A stretch of 64,000 nt of DNA from an uncultured virus (IMG/VR IMGVR_UViG_3300027710_000024). Taxonomy: Duplodnaviria > Heunggongvirae > Uroviricota > Caudoviricetes. The stretch lies in IMG/VR virus record IMGVR_UViG_3300027710_000024. The stretch is one strand, 5' to 3'. Shown in pieces: positions 28,361 through 37,592 of this stretch. Made by a program: the position numbers and the translations under genes. Every line of letters starts with the position of its first letter. Within the stretch, counting starts at the first letter, position 1. The notes beneath the pieces were generated by a model. That model saw nothing but the letters and a program-made list of their open reading frames with translations. It was not told where the DNA came from and ran no database searches.

Positions 28361-29976
28361 CTTTTACCGGAACCCTTCTACCGTATCAAGTAGAGGCCGT
28401 AGAAGCAATGGTCGAGCGTAAACAAATGCTCGTTGCATATGATTTGGGGCTTGGGAAGACAGTACTAACCATTGCGGCTATCGAATCGCTTAAGGATAGC
28501 GGTTCAATCCGGGAGCCCGGTGTTATAGTCTGTCTTTCCAGCCTTAAATATCAGTGGGCTGATCAAATCAGGAAGTTTACAGATGGATCTGCAACACCTT
28601 TGGTTATTGACGGAACGCCGAAACAGCGAGCTGAGCAATACCAGCAAGCCCTCGACTGGGGGCATTCACTCGTGGATTACGTCATTATTAACTACGAGCA
28701 AGTTGTTAACGACTGGGAGTATGTACGACAGCTCGCTACGGGATTCATTGTCTGCGACGAAGCAACCGCAGTCAAAAGCTTTAGATCTAAACGATCTAAG
28801 TACGTAAAAAAACTTCAAAGCCCCGTTAAATTTGCTCTTACTGGTACACCGGTAGAAAACGGAAAACCAGAAGAGCTCTACTCAATTATGCAGTTTGTTA
28901 ACCCTAAAATTTTGGGTAGATTTGATCTTTTTGACTCCACATTTATTATTAGAAATAAGTTTGGTGGGGTAGAGCGCTATAGAAACTTACCGCTACTAAA
29001 TAAAACCTTGTTAAACGCGTGCGTAAGAAAGAAACAATCTGATCCAGATGTAGCCCCTTTTTTGCCAGAAACAATACACTCCGAACCTATATATGTACCT
29101 TTTGATAGGGCTGGAAGAAAGCTTTACACGCACATTGTTCGAGACCTTCTTCTTAATTTAGAAGAGGCCTTAGATACCTTTGGAACTTCATTTAATATCT
29201 TTTCTCACTATGGTCAACAAAGTGATCAAGGCGGTCAGATGGATGAGCTTAGGGGTTTAATTATGTCAAAAATGACGTGCCTACGCCTTCTCTGCGATGA
29301 CCCTCAGCTGTTAGCATTAAGTGCTAATAAATTTGAAGACGGAGCCGTAGTAGTTGATGGAAACACCATAAATATTCCAGGATTTCACGGAGGATCGGGT
29401 TACGCCTCTGAATTAAAAACATTGGGTTTATTGGACGGGTTAAAATCAAGCCCAAAACTAGCCGTATTAAAACAGTACGTAGATGATTTCTTATCTCAAT
29501 ATGACGGAAATAAGATAGTAATTTTTTCAAGCTTTGTTGGCATGACTAAGCTTATACAGGAAGCTTTACCTTATGACTCTGTGACCTATACAGGCCAATT
29601 AAATGCTAAACAAAAAGAAGAAGCAAAAGAAAAGTTCCAAACAGACCCTAATTGTCGCCTATTTATCTCCTCAGACGCCGGGGGTTATGGGGTAGATCTG
29701 CCTCAAGCTAATCTACTAATTAATTATGATTTACCCTGGAATGCCGGTTTAGCTGTACAAAGAAATGGTAGAATTAAACGAGCATCTAGCACCTGGGAAA
29801 AAATTGTAATCCAAGACATTCTTATGGAAAACTCTTTAGAACAGCGTCAAAGAGAAATGCTTATACAGAAAACTGCTATATCTGACGCGGTGTTAGATGG
29901 GCAAGGCATAAATGATCGGGGCGGAGTTAACCTTTCAGTAGGCACACTTCGAGCTTTTTTGCAAGTTAACAGCTAA
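28357..29976 (+). CDS. SNF2-family helicase
   Basis: DLGLGKT, INYE, CDEA, LTGTPVEN, AGGYGVDL, YDLPWN, QRNGRI. Confidence 0.93.
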   Translation: MTFTGTLLPYQVEAVEAMVERKQMLVAYDLGLGKTVLTIAAIESLKDSGSIREPGVIVCLSSLKYQWADQIRKFTDGSATPLVIDGTPKQRAEQYQQALDWGHSLVDYVIINYEQVVNDWEYVRQLATGFIVCDEATAVKSFRSKRSKYVKKLQSPVKFALTGTPVENGKPEELYSIMQFVNPKILGRFDLFDSTFIIRNKFGGVERYRNLPLLNKTLLNACVRKKQSDPDVAPFLPETIHSEPIYVPFDRAGRKLYTHIVRDLLLNLEEALDTFGTSFNIFSHYGQQSDQGGQMDELRGLIMSKMTCLRLLCDDPQLLALSANKFEDGAVVVDGNTINIPGFHGGSGYASELKTLGLLDGLKSSPKLAVLKQYVDDFLSQYDGNKIVIFSSFVGMTKLIQEALPYDSVTYTGQLNAKQKEEAKEKFQTDPNCRLFISSDAGGYGVDLPQANLLINYDLPWNAGLAVQRNGRIKRASSTWEKIVIQDILMENSLEQRQREMLIQKTAISDAVLDGQGINDRGGVNLSVGTLRAFLQVNS

Positions 29977-29986
29977 GGAGTCATAC

Positions 29987-30130
29987 GTGCCTAATTTACC
30001 TAAAACCCCTACCCGCACAATACGGGTAGCGCCCGAGCTTTGGTCTGCCGTTAAGGAAAAGGCCGCTATAGAGGGCCGGACCGTTACAGACGTAATTATC
30101 ACGGCTCTAAAGGACTACGTCCGCCAATAA
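29987..30130 (+). CDS. Ribbon-helix-helix DNA-binding protein (47 aa, not in ORF track)
   Basis: AAGGAG RBS, GTG start; TPTRTIRVAPELWSAVKEKAAIEGRTVTDVIITALKDYV. Confidence 0.75.
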   Translation: MPNLPKTPTRTIRVAPELWSAVKEKAAIEGRTVTDVIITALKDYVRQ

Positions 30131-30140
30131 ATCCCCAGTT

Positions 30141-30168
30141 TTGAAATGTCGTACCCATATGTTAGGGT
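30141..30168 (+). promoter_or_regulatory. SigA-like promoter
   Basis: TTGAAA-N16-TAGGGT with a TGn extension, in the intergenic gap. Confidence 0.45.
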
Positions 30169-30197
30169 GTACCCACATACTCTAAAGGAGGGTACAA

Positions 30198-30641
30198 ATG
30201 GCAACAATAGAGCCACCATCAAGAGCAGTACGTGTAGAAACTAATTCATTAATGGCGCAAGTGCGCGAGTTTATTGGCTTTAAAAAGCGTATTGATGATT
30301 TAACAAAACAGCAGTCCGTAATTAAAACTCAATTAATGGATATTGTTGAACAAGAGGGCATTGAAGATGACAAAGGCCACTTCTGGCTAGAACTTCCAGA
30401 AGAAGTTGAGGGCTATGTGTCTTTACAACGCCAACGTCGAGCTTCCCAAAAAATTGATACTGAAGTGGCGCTTCATTTAATTAAAGCTAGAGGGCTAGCA
30501 GATCGTTGCATTAAGACTATTGAAGTTGTAGATGAAGACGAAATTATGGCGTGTCTATATGAAGATTTGTTATCTGAAAAAGACATAGATGATATGCTTA
30601 CTCGCACTGTAACCTGGGCCTTTGTGCCAAGTAAGAAGTAA
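30198..30641 (+). CDS. Hypothetical coiled-coil phage protein
   Basis: AAGGAGG RBS; N-terminal coiled coil; DDKGH. Confidence 0.6.
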   Translation: MATIEPPSRAVRVETNSLMAQVREFIGFKKRIDDLTKQQSVIKTQLMDIVEQEGIEDDKGHFWLELPEEVEGYVSLQRQRRASQKIDTEVALHLIKARGLADRCIKTIEVVDEDEIMACLYEDLLSEKDIDDMLTRTVTWAFVPSKK

Positions 30642-30643
30642 TC

Positions 30644-30811
30644 ATGAAAGAAATTAGAATTGGCGACGTATGGGTACAGTACGGGTTTTACAAGAGAAGC
30701 ATTGGGCTTGGAATATTTATTTCTAGCATTCAGTGTTCTTTAGATTTACTATTTTTCTTTGTACAAATAGAACTACCAATGTCAAAGCGTCGTTTAAGGA
30801 AAAATATTTAA
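30644..30811 (+). CDS. Small hypothetical protein (55 aa, not in ORF track)
   Basis: MKEIRIGDVWVQYG...RKNI fills the gap exactly. Confidence 0.5.
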   Translation: MKEIRIGDVWVQYGFYKRSIGLGIFISSIQCSLDLLFFFVQIELPMSKRRLRKNI

Positions 30812-30813
30812 AA

Positions 30814-31278
30814 ATGGCTGACGATATTATTGATTCTATGTTTAATGGGTTAGGGGATTATTACCCCGGATCAAAGCGTAAACGTAAATCAGTCGATCCT
30901 GCTAAAAAGAAAGTCGAACCCAAAGACTCTTGGGAAAGCAAACCTCAGGTAAAAACGCTTCCAAATGGGAAGACTATCGAGCTTTATAGCGCGGGGTCCC
31001 TCTGTGAGGCATTAAAGAGGCCGCTAGTAACCATACGTCTATGGGAACGCAAAGGCTACATTCCGCGGGCTCCATACAGGCTTAGATCTATCGTCGTAGA
31101 CGGTAAGAAAAAACCTGGGTGGCGAATGTATAGTCGTGCTATTATTGAGTCCACAATACAAAGCTTTCAATCCCGGGGTCTTATAGACTCTAAGCGGATT
31201 GATTGGAATCGACACCCAGATCTTTCAATAGAACTATTGGAAAACTGGACTAAGATTCATGAAAACGAAACCAACTAA
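30814..31278 (+). CDS. MerR-like HTH DNA-binding protein
   Basis: YSAGSLCEALKRPLVTIRLWERKGYIP...GWRMYS. Confidence 0.75.
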   Translation: MADDIIDSMFNGLGDYYPGSKRKRKSVDPAKKKVEPKDSWESKPQVKTLPNGKTIELYSAGSLCEALKRPLVTIRLWERKGYIPRAPYRLRSIVVDGKKKPGWRMYSRAIIESTIQSFQSRGLIDSKRIDWNRHPDLSIELLENWTKIHENETN

Positions 31279-31317
31279 CCTATGGCAACTGGCTATGGCA
31301 ATATGAAAGGAAACACC

Positions 31318-32010
31318 GTGTCACAAGCACCTAACGTCTCTTCTTATCTAGGAACAGACCCTGTATCACCCGTAATCTCTGAAGTTGAAGAAGATCTATT
31401 TATTGAAGACAGCGAATCTGATTTTCCAGATCGTTCGTCTGTTATCCAAACCGGATGGGCCGCAGCAAAGCGAGCCGTTTCCGAAGCAAGCAAGTCATTT
31501 ACAACCGATTTTAGGTTTGATGAAGACGTGCAATTAGTAAAGTTTCTTTCAGCAGAACCAATGAGCTTTTTACAGCACTGGGTAAACCGCCCAGGTAAGA
31601 AGTCTTTTGTTGGTTGGGATAACGATCCGCTATCTCGTGTTGGAAATAAGCCTGAGCGCAAATTTGCATTCAGCGTAGTTAACCTTTCTGATGAGGTCCC
31701 ACAGATTCAACTTATGACAGTTGGAGTACGTTTGTGTGGGCAGCTTGAAAAGTTAAATGCAGATAAAAAAGTTGGGCCTATCGATCGCGCTGATATTTAT
31801 TGGGCGGTTAGCAAGTCCGGCATTGGAACAAAAACTTCATATTCAATAATGCCAGTCAAGGAACGCGATTTGGCAGAGGACTGGGATTTAGATCCAGTTC
31901 AACTTTCTAGTGTAATCTCTAAGATGAAGCCTCTTGGTCCAGACGCACTTCGTGTGTCAACCAACGCCGAACTTGAGGAAATTGCGAGAGAACTTCTGGC
32001 TGGCCAGTAA
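31318..32010 (+). CDS. Single-stranded DNA-binding protein (gp32-like)
   Basis: VKFL...P..FLQHW, SK.G.GTKTSY.I.P; directly upstream of the polymerase; GTG 31318 has an AAAGGA RBS (alternative ATG 31282). Confidence 0.65.
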   Translation: MSQAPNVSSYLGTDPVSPVISEVEEDLFIEDSESDFPDRSSVIQTGWAAAKRAVSEASKSFTTDFRFDEDVQLVKFLSAEPMSFLQHWVNRPGKKSFVGWDNDPLSRVGNKPERKFAFSVVNLSDEVPQIQLMTVGVRLCGQLEKLNADKKVGPIDRADIYWAVSKSGIGTKTSYSIMPVKERDLAEDWDLDPVQLSSVISKMKPLGPDALRVSTNAELEEIARELLAGQ

Positions 32011-32023
32011 CTCTCGATTCTAT

Positions 32024-32090
32024 GGTTGGGGAGTTCCGCTGTTTTCGCCTCCTTCTTGGCGGAACTTCCCAGCCTCTACACTAAGGAGGT
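32024..32090 (+). promoter_or_regulatory. Hairpin with anti-SD loop upstream of polA
   Basis: 17-bp stem 32024-32040/32058-32074; loop CCTCCTT is complementary to SD AAGGAGG. Confidence 0.55.
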
Positions 32091-32094
32091 AGAT

Positions 32095-34074
32095 ATGAAT
32101 ATAATAACGACGAAGGATAAATTACAAGAACTTGTTGATCACTATAGTGACAAGCCTGCGTTTGCTTTTGACGTAGAAACTATGGGTGATCATCGAGGAG
32201 ATCCACGACAGAACCGTGTTGTGTGGATAGCTTTGGCGACAGATGACCGGGTAGACGTCATACCTATGGGTCACCCAAATGGCGATTTTTTACGTACTGA
32301 TTTTCCTTTACTACCCTCTGCTGTTCTTAGAAAAGAAAGCGGCATGGAAATTCGTCCTCAAGATTATAGTAAGGATGAAAAGAAGGCTACAAAAGTTTTT
32401 ACATCCCCACCCGAGCAGTTGACTCCGGCCGAGGTATTCTCGGCTCTTAGGCCTTTACTTAACAGTTCTAAGGTAAAGGTTGGGCACAACTTAAAATTTG
32501 ACTTACAAAGCGTGACTAAATACAACAAATCTTTACCGGCCGGACCATATTTCTGCACCCTCAATGCGGCTTTTATTTTAGACAATCGAAATAGGATCTC
32601 TTTAGGTCTCGATGACTGCTTAAAGCGTGAGTTTGGTTACGAGATGGTTAAGGGTGTAGGAAAAGAAATTGAGGCCTATTCCTTTGATGAGGTCGCTACT
32701 TACGCTGCACTTGATGCCGAGTGGACTTGGAAACTGTATAAGTCCTATGAGGAAAAACTTGCGTTAGATGGTTTAGGGCCAATATTTAATCTTGAGATGG
32801 ATGTTTTACACGTCATATGCAACATGGAACTACGCGGTGCAGACATAGATGTAGATCAGCTAGCGCAATTAAAGGATGATCTAGAGGGTCAAATTGAAGA
32901 CACTCGAGGAAAGATCTTTGCTTTAGCTAAACGCCCATTTAATTTAAACTCCGTACCAGAAAAACAAGAAATATTATTTACTCCTAAAAAAGACGGGGGT
33001 AGAGGACTTAAGCCAAAGCTTATGACCCCAGCAGGAGAAAAACGCGCCTCTGACCCTAACTATGTATCCAGTTTTAGAGACTACTCTGTTTCTGAGCCTG
33101 CTCTAGATGCGTTTCGTGGTAGAGACTCTCTTGTAGATCAATTACTTATTTACTCTGACTTAAATAAACTTATGACTACGTACGTAATTCCATACTTGGG
33201 TGGGGATATCACTCGTACCTTAGCTGGCAAATCAAAGACGGTTGTTAAAGAGAGCATTATGTATCGCGATCGAATCCATACTGACTTTGTTCAGTACGGA
33301 GCAGAGACCGGGCGTTTTTCTAGTAGAAATCCAAATCTACAGAATGTTCCCGCACCCCACACTAAAAACGGTAAAGCTATTAGAAATCTTTTTATTGCAC
33401 CAGAGGGCCACAAGCTTATAGTTGCAGACTACTCTCAGATTGAACCTAGAATTATTGCTAGTTTTAGCGGTGACCGGGTTATGGTAGATGCGTATAAAAA
33501 CGGGGAAGATATTTACACAACCATTGGAAATACCATGGGTGTTGATAGAAAAGCAGGAAAAGTTCTTGTTTTGTCCCTTGCTTATGGTGTAGGTCCAGAT
33601 AAGATTGCTAAAGAAATTGGTTGTACCCTAAACGAAGCAAAGAATCTCCTTGATATGTTTATTAAGAAGTTTCCTGCAGTTGCTAGGTATAAGAGGCACG
33701 TGGTATCAGAATCGCGTCGTCAAACCCCTATACCTTATGTAAGCACTCTATTAAAGCGCAGACGCTATCTTCCTGAGCTTAGGGCTAAAGATCAGTGGGC
33801 TAGAGCTAGAGCTGAACGCCAGGCTTTTAATACTATGATCCAAGGATCTGCCGCAGACTTAATAAAAGTTGCTATGGTTAGAGCTCAGGCTTTGATTCCA
33901 AAAGAATCAAGCTTAATCCTAACTGTTCATGACGAGTTAGTTGTAGTTAGCCCTGACCACTTGGCGGAAATAACTATGGCCGCTGTGATCGAGGCTATGG
34001 AAGGCATAAATGTGCTGTCCGTACCTTTGATTGCAGATGTTACACTTGTCTCCAGATGGGGAGAGGCAAAATAA
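32095..34074 (+). CDS. polA: Family A DNA polymerase with 3'-5' exonuclease
   Basis: FDVET, HNLKFD, TGRFSS.NPNLQN, ADYSQIEPR, RKAGK...YG, N.MIQGSAAD, VHDEL. Confidence 0.96.
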   Translation: MNIITTKDKLQELVDHYSDKPAFAFDVETMGDHRGDPRQNRVVWIALATDDRVDVIPMGHPNGDFLRTDFPLLPSAVLRKESGMEIRPQDYSKDEKKATKVFTSPPEQLTPAEVFSALRPLLNSSKVKVGHNLKFDLQSVTKYNKSLPAGPYFCTLNAAFILDNRNRISLGLDDCLKREFGYEMVKGVGKEIEAYSFDEVATYAALDAEWTWKLYKSYEEKLALDGLGPIFNLEMDVLHVICNMELRGADIDVDQLAQLKDDLEGQIEDTRGKIFALAKRPFNLNSVPEKQEILFTPKKDGGRGLKPKLMTPAGEKRASDPNYVSSFRDYSVSEPALDAFRGRDSLVDQLLIYSDLNKLMTTYVIPYLGGDITRTLAGKSKTVVKESIMYRDRIHTDFVQYGAETGRFSSRNPNLQNVPAPHTKNGKAIRNLFIAPEGHKLIVADYSQIEPRIIASFSGDRVMVDAYKNGEDIYTTIGNTMGVDRKAGKVLVLSLAYGVGPDKIAKEIGCTLNEAKNLLDMFIKKFPAVARYKRHVVSESRRQTPIPYVSTLLKRRRYLPELRAKDQWARARAERQAFNTMIQGSAADLIKVAMVRAQALIPKESSLILTVHDELVVVSPDHLAEITMAAVIEAMEGINVLSVPLIADVTLVSRWGEAK

Positions 34075-34499
34075 TGGGGTTGTTTAAAAAGAAGAAAAAA
34101 GTAACAAAGATTCTTAATATATCTATGCCTACTTTAATTCGTGAAGCAATTTTTGACTCCATATTTGATGATGTTGCCGCACTAGGGCACTCTATGGGAT
34201 TGCCCCCAATATCGGATGAAGTAGCTGATATGGAAGAGCAAGCAAGCCAAAAACGTTTAGAGCGATTCTCAAATTTATTGCCTTTAATAGAGGCCCACTC
34301 TGATATTGCCGCTCGAATTGCAGCAGCAGCGTATGAGTTAGAGATGCTAGGCGAACACCCTGAGAGTAAGCCTTTAATTGAAGAGGACTTAATTCACATT
34401 ATAGAGTTGTTTAAGATTGTTTCTCTATCCTCCTCTATATCTGTAATATCTACCCTTATTAATTTAGATCTACTAGAAACAGGAGTAAAAAATGAGTAA
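34074..34499 (+). CDS. Hypothetical protein
   Basis: ORF coupled to polA. Confidence 0.6.
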   Translation: MGLFKKKKKVTKILNISMPTLIREAIFDSIFDDVAALGHSMGLPPISDEVADMEEQASQKRLERFSNLLPLIEAHSDIAARIAAAAYELEMLGEHPESKPLIEEDLIHIIELFKIVSLSSSISVISTLINLDLLETGVKNE

Positions 34500-34878
34500 T
34501 GCTGATTGGTACGCAAGAAAGTTGGGTTCACAAAAACCTCCTTCTCCTGCACCCCAAACTTCTCCTAACCCTATGCTTCCATATCGCCAAGCACAGCAGA
34601 CTCCTAACGTTCCAGTTGCTTACGACCAAAAAAATGATCAAGTAGTAGTTAAAGCTCAGAGCGCACAAAATCCGGAAAACTGTCCGGGCTGTTTCTCTGG
34701 CAATTACTTTGCCCCATTAGGCACTCAAAGAAAACGCTGCTATGATTGCGGCTACCCAATCGTTCAAGCTGGAACTGGAGTGGGTGGTACCGGTAATGGT
34801 GGCGCACCTATTGCAGCAAAGCAAGTAGGACAATCTGGCGGATTCAATCCAACAACAATCGTAGGAAGGTTAGAGTAA
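34492..34878 (+). CDS. Zinc-ribbon hypothetical protein
   Basis: CPGC.SGNY...RCYDCGYP; AGGAG RBS. Confidence 0.6.
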   Translation: MSNADWYARKLGSQKPPSPAPQTSPNPMLPYRQAQQTPNVPVAYDQKNDQVVVKAQSAQNPENCPGCFSGNYFAPLGTQRKRCYDCGYPIVQAGTGVGGTGNGGAPIAAKQVGQSGGFNPTTIVGRLE

Positions 34879-35945
34879 TGGCCTCAACAATAAACTCTGA
34901 AGCACTAAAAGTAATGGCTCAAATTAACAAGAAGAGCGGAGCAAATACCGTTGTTTTTGCAAGCCAAATAAATATTGCTAAACGTATTACTACTGGATCT
35001 CTTACCTTTGACACTGTTTTGGGTGGGGGTTGGCCTATGAATCATTGGGTTGAGATTGTTGGAGAAGCATCTCATGGAAAGACCGCTATAGCGCTCAAGA
35101 CAATCGGCGCCAATCAAAAACTCAATCCCGACTTTACAGTTGTGTGGATTGCTGCCGAACAGTTTGATCCAGGCTACGCAAAGATGTGTGGCGTAGATGT
35201 AGATAGAGTATTGCTTGTTGAAACCAATAGTATGGAGGAAGCTTTTGAATCGGTTATTCAATTTATGGAAAGTAAGTCTGTGGACATGGTCGTTATCGAT
35301 TCTCTTCCTGCCCTTGTCCCTGGCGCAGAAGATGAAAAGAACATGGATGAATTTACTGTGGGTCGTGGCGCACTTATTACCAATAAGTTCTTTAGAAAAG
35401 TGGCGTCAGCTACCAAACGAGACCTCGTCGAAGACGAAAGACCAGTTCTCGGAGTAATGATTAACCAGTACCGGATGAAGATTGGGGTTATGCACGGAGA
35501 TCCACGAACTACCCCAGGGGGCCTAGGGAAAGACTATGCCTACAGCGTCCGGTGCGAGGTTAAGCGAGATGAGTGGCTAGAGACTGGCACTGGAGATAGC
35601 AAGCGCCGTGTAGGTCAGACTATACGAGTCAGAACTATCAAAAATAAGACTTATCCCCCACAACAAACGGCTTATATGGACTTTTACTTTGCCGATGGTG
35701 GGGCTATTGATGCCGGAGAGTACGACTTTGGCAAGGAGATCGTGGCTATGTCTATCCTGAATGGGGTAGTTGAAAGACGCGGCGGATGGCTGTATTATAA
35801 GGATCGTAAATGGCAGGGAGCGGTAAACCTAATTAACTCAATCCGTGAAGAGGTTGACTTAAAGGAAGAGCTATCCCACGCCGTAATGGATACCTTGAAA
35901 CATGGAGCACCACTTCAAGTAGAGATACTTGACGATGAAGAGTGA
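34878..35945 (+). CDS. recA: RecA-like recombinase
   Basis: TTGSL.FD..LGGG.P, GEASHGKT, VIDS, INQ.R.KIGVMHG.P.TTPGG, KNK. Confidence 0.95.
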   Translation: MASTINSEALKVMAQINKKSGANTVVFASQINIAKRITTGSLTFDTVLGGGWPMNHWVEIVGEASHGKTAIALKTIGANQKLNPDFTVVWIAAEQFDPGYAKMCGVDVDRVLLVETNSMEEAFESVIQFMESKSVDMVVIDSLPALVPGAEDEKNMDEFTVGRGALITNKFFRKVASATKRDLVEDERPVLGVMINQYRMKIGVMHGDPRTTPGGLGKDYAYSVRCEVKRDEWLETGTGDSKRRVGQTIRVRTIKNKTYPPQQTAYMDFYFADGGAIDAGEYDFGKEIVAMSILNGVVERRGGWLYYKDRKWQGAVNLINSIREEVDLKEELSHAVMDTLKHGAPLQVEILDDEE

Positions 35946-36252
35946 AGGCCAGAAACAATCTCTCAAGCATGAAAAGCGTTTAGAAAAAATTCTTGGTGGA
36001 CAAAGAAGTGCCGGTTCCGGCGCTTTTTGGTCTCGCAAAGGAGACGTCCGAACCGATGATCTTTTAATAGAGCATAAGTGGACAGGTAAAAAAACAGTAA
36101 CAATTAAGTCAGAAGTTTTAAAGAAAATAACAAAAGAAGCAATTTTAGACAGCCGTACTCCGGTACTAGGCATTCATCTCGACGGTGAAAATTACGTTCT
36201 TCTGGGAGAGGAGGATTTTTTTGAGCTACGTAATTACGTTAGAGGTGAATAG
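35935..36252 (+). CDS. PD-(D/E)xK nuclease, Holliday junction resolvase-like
   Basis: HEKR, GSGA...KGDV...IEHK. Confidence 0.75.
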   Translation: MKSEGQKQSLKHEKRLEKILGGQRSAGSGAFWSRKGDVRTDDLLIEHKWTGKKTVTIKSEVLKKITKEAILDSRTPVLGIHLDGENYVLLGEEDFFELRNYVRGE

Positions 36253-36567
36253 TTGTCAGAAAACAACCCGTCCTGGGCTTGGAGATATGAAGCAAAGTGT
36301 CGAGGAGAAGACACTGAGATCTTTTTCCCCCCGAGGGATAAGAAGTTATACAAACCCATAGCTGACTCAGCTAAGGCAATTTGTTATGGTAGAGATGGCA
36401 GGCCTCCCTGCCCTGTAAGAAAGCAGTGCCTAAAAGAGGCTATTAAGAACGATGAGCTTCATGGTATCTTTGGCGGGATGAGTCACAGAGAACGAAATGC
36501 GCTTAAACGTAAGTACACTAAAATGGGATATACCTTGGAAAAATGGCTAGAGGAGAAGGAAAAATAA
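36253..36567 (+). CDS. whiB: WhiB family transcription factor (copy 2)
   Basis: W...AKC...IFFP...AKAIC...CPVRKQCL..A...GIFGGMSHRER. Confidence 0.92.
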   Translation: MSENNPSWAWRYEAKCRGEDTEIFFPPRDKKLYKPIADSAKAICYGRDGRPPCPVRKQCLKEAIKNDELHGIFGGMSHRERNALKRKYTKMGYTLEKWLEEKEK

Positions 36568-36568
36568 A

Positions 36569-37420
36569 ATGGAAAATAACGTCATTTCTAGTATCAAACT
36601 AAAGAACTATCTTGATACCAAAAAAAGAGATACTAGATTAATGGGCGCTATTGAGCGGCACATTTTATCAAAAGATTTTGATAATAGAGATCAAACTGTG
36701 CTGCACCCTTCTGATATCATTAAGCCGGAGTGGTGTGCTCTCGCTTCCTATCACGCATTGAATGGTAATTATGTAGAAACTAGGGAGCGCCCCACTCTAC
36801 GTTTGCAGTCTATATTTGACGCAGGACATGGTGCCCACGCTAAGTGGCAAGGCTATCTTCGAGAAATGGGCGTTCTTTATGGCGCTTGGGAAGATAGCAC
36901 CGGAAGATCCTGGGCACTCTCTTCAGAAGTACATAAAAGTGTTGAGTACAAAGAAGTTCCCCTAGAAAGCAAACGCCACAGAATTGCTGGCCACTCTGAT
37001 GGTTGGGTTAAAACACTAGGCGAAGACTTCTTAATTGAAATCAAAACCATAGGTGCGGGAACTATACGTATGGAAGCTCCGGGATTATTTAATGGCGCAC
37101 AAGACGTAGAGTCAGCTTGGCGTAATATTCGTCAACCTTTTCCTAGCCATATACTACAGGGTCAGGTTTATTTGCATCTTGCACACATTATGGTTGAGGA
37201 CGGCTTGCTAGAGTCTGCCCCGTCTGAGATTGTCTATATCTATGAGTTAAAAGCAAATCAAGATTATAAAGAGTTCTCTGTTGCATATAACCCAGAACAC
37301 TCAGCTAAGTTTTTTGAGTCTGCACTGGATGTTGCTTGGGCTTTAGAGAATAACCGCCCACCACAGTGCAATATAGACTCTGTGGTAGGATGTCCTCGTT
37401 GTAAACCATTTAGGGGATAA
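36569..37420 (+). CDS. Cas4-like PD-(D/E)xK exonuclease
   Basis: HPSD....WC, G..AH, GHSDG...IEIKT, Q..VY, C-terminal C...C..C. Confidence 0.8.
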   Translation: MENNVISSIKLKNYLDTKKRDTRLMGAIERHILSKDFDNRDQTVLHPSDIIKPEWCALASYHALNGNYVETRERPTLRLQSIFDAGHGAHAKWQGYLREMGVLYGAWEDSTGRSWALSSEVHKSVEYKEVPLESKRHRIAGHSDGWVKTLGEDFLIEIKTIGAGTIRMEAPGLFNGAQDVESAWRNIRQPFPSHILQGQVYLHLAHIMVEDGLLESAPSEIVYIYELKANQDYKEFSVAYNPEHSAKFFESALDVAWALENNRPPQCNIDSVVGCPRCKPFRG

Positions 37421-37421
37421 A

Positions 37422-37592
37422 ATGCCTGACTACGACTATAAATGCACAAAGTGCCAAGAAGTAACTGAAAGTTTTTTTCCAATTTCTGACGGCCCTTCCC
37501 CTGCCGTTGTGTGTAAATGCGGCGGAGAAGCTTTTCGTATATACTCCCCTTTTGGTATACATTTAAAAGGCGGAGGATGGGGTGGGCAATGA
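37422..37592 (+). CDS. FmdB-family zinc-ribbon protein (not in ORF track)
   Basis: MPDYDYKCTKC...CKCGG...HLKGGGW. Confidence 0.8.
   Translation: MPDYDYKCTKCQEVTESFFPISDGPSPAVVCKCGGEAFRIYSPFGIHLKGGGWGGQ

Noticed and set aside
31280..31301. CTATGGCAA direct repeat upstream of ssb
   Set aside because: Only two 9-nt copies; too weak to call an operator
36569..37420. CRISPR-Cas locus suggested by the Cas4-like gene
   Set aside because: No repeat-spacer array or other cas genes; solo Cas4-like nucleases are common in phages
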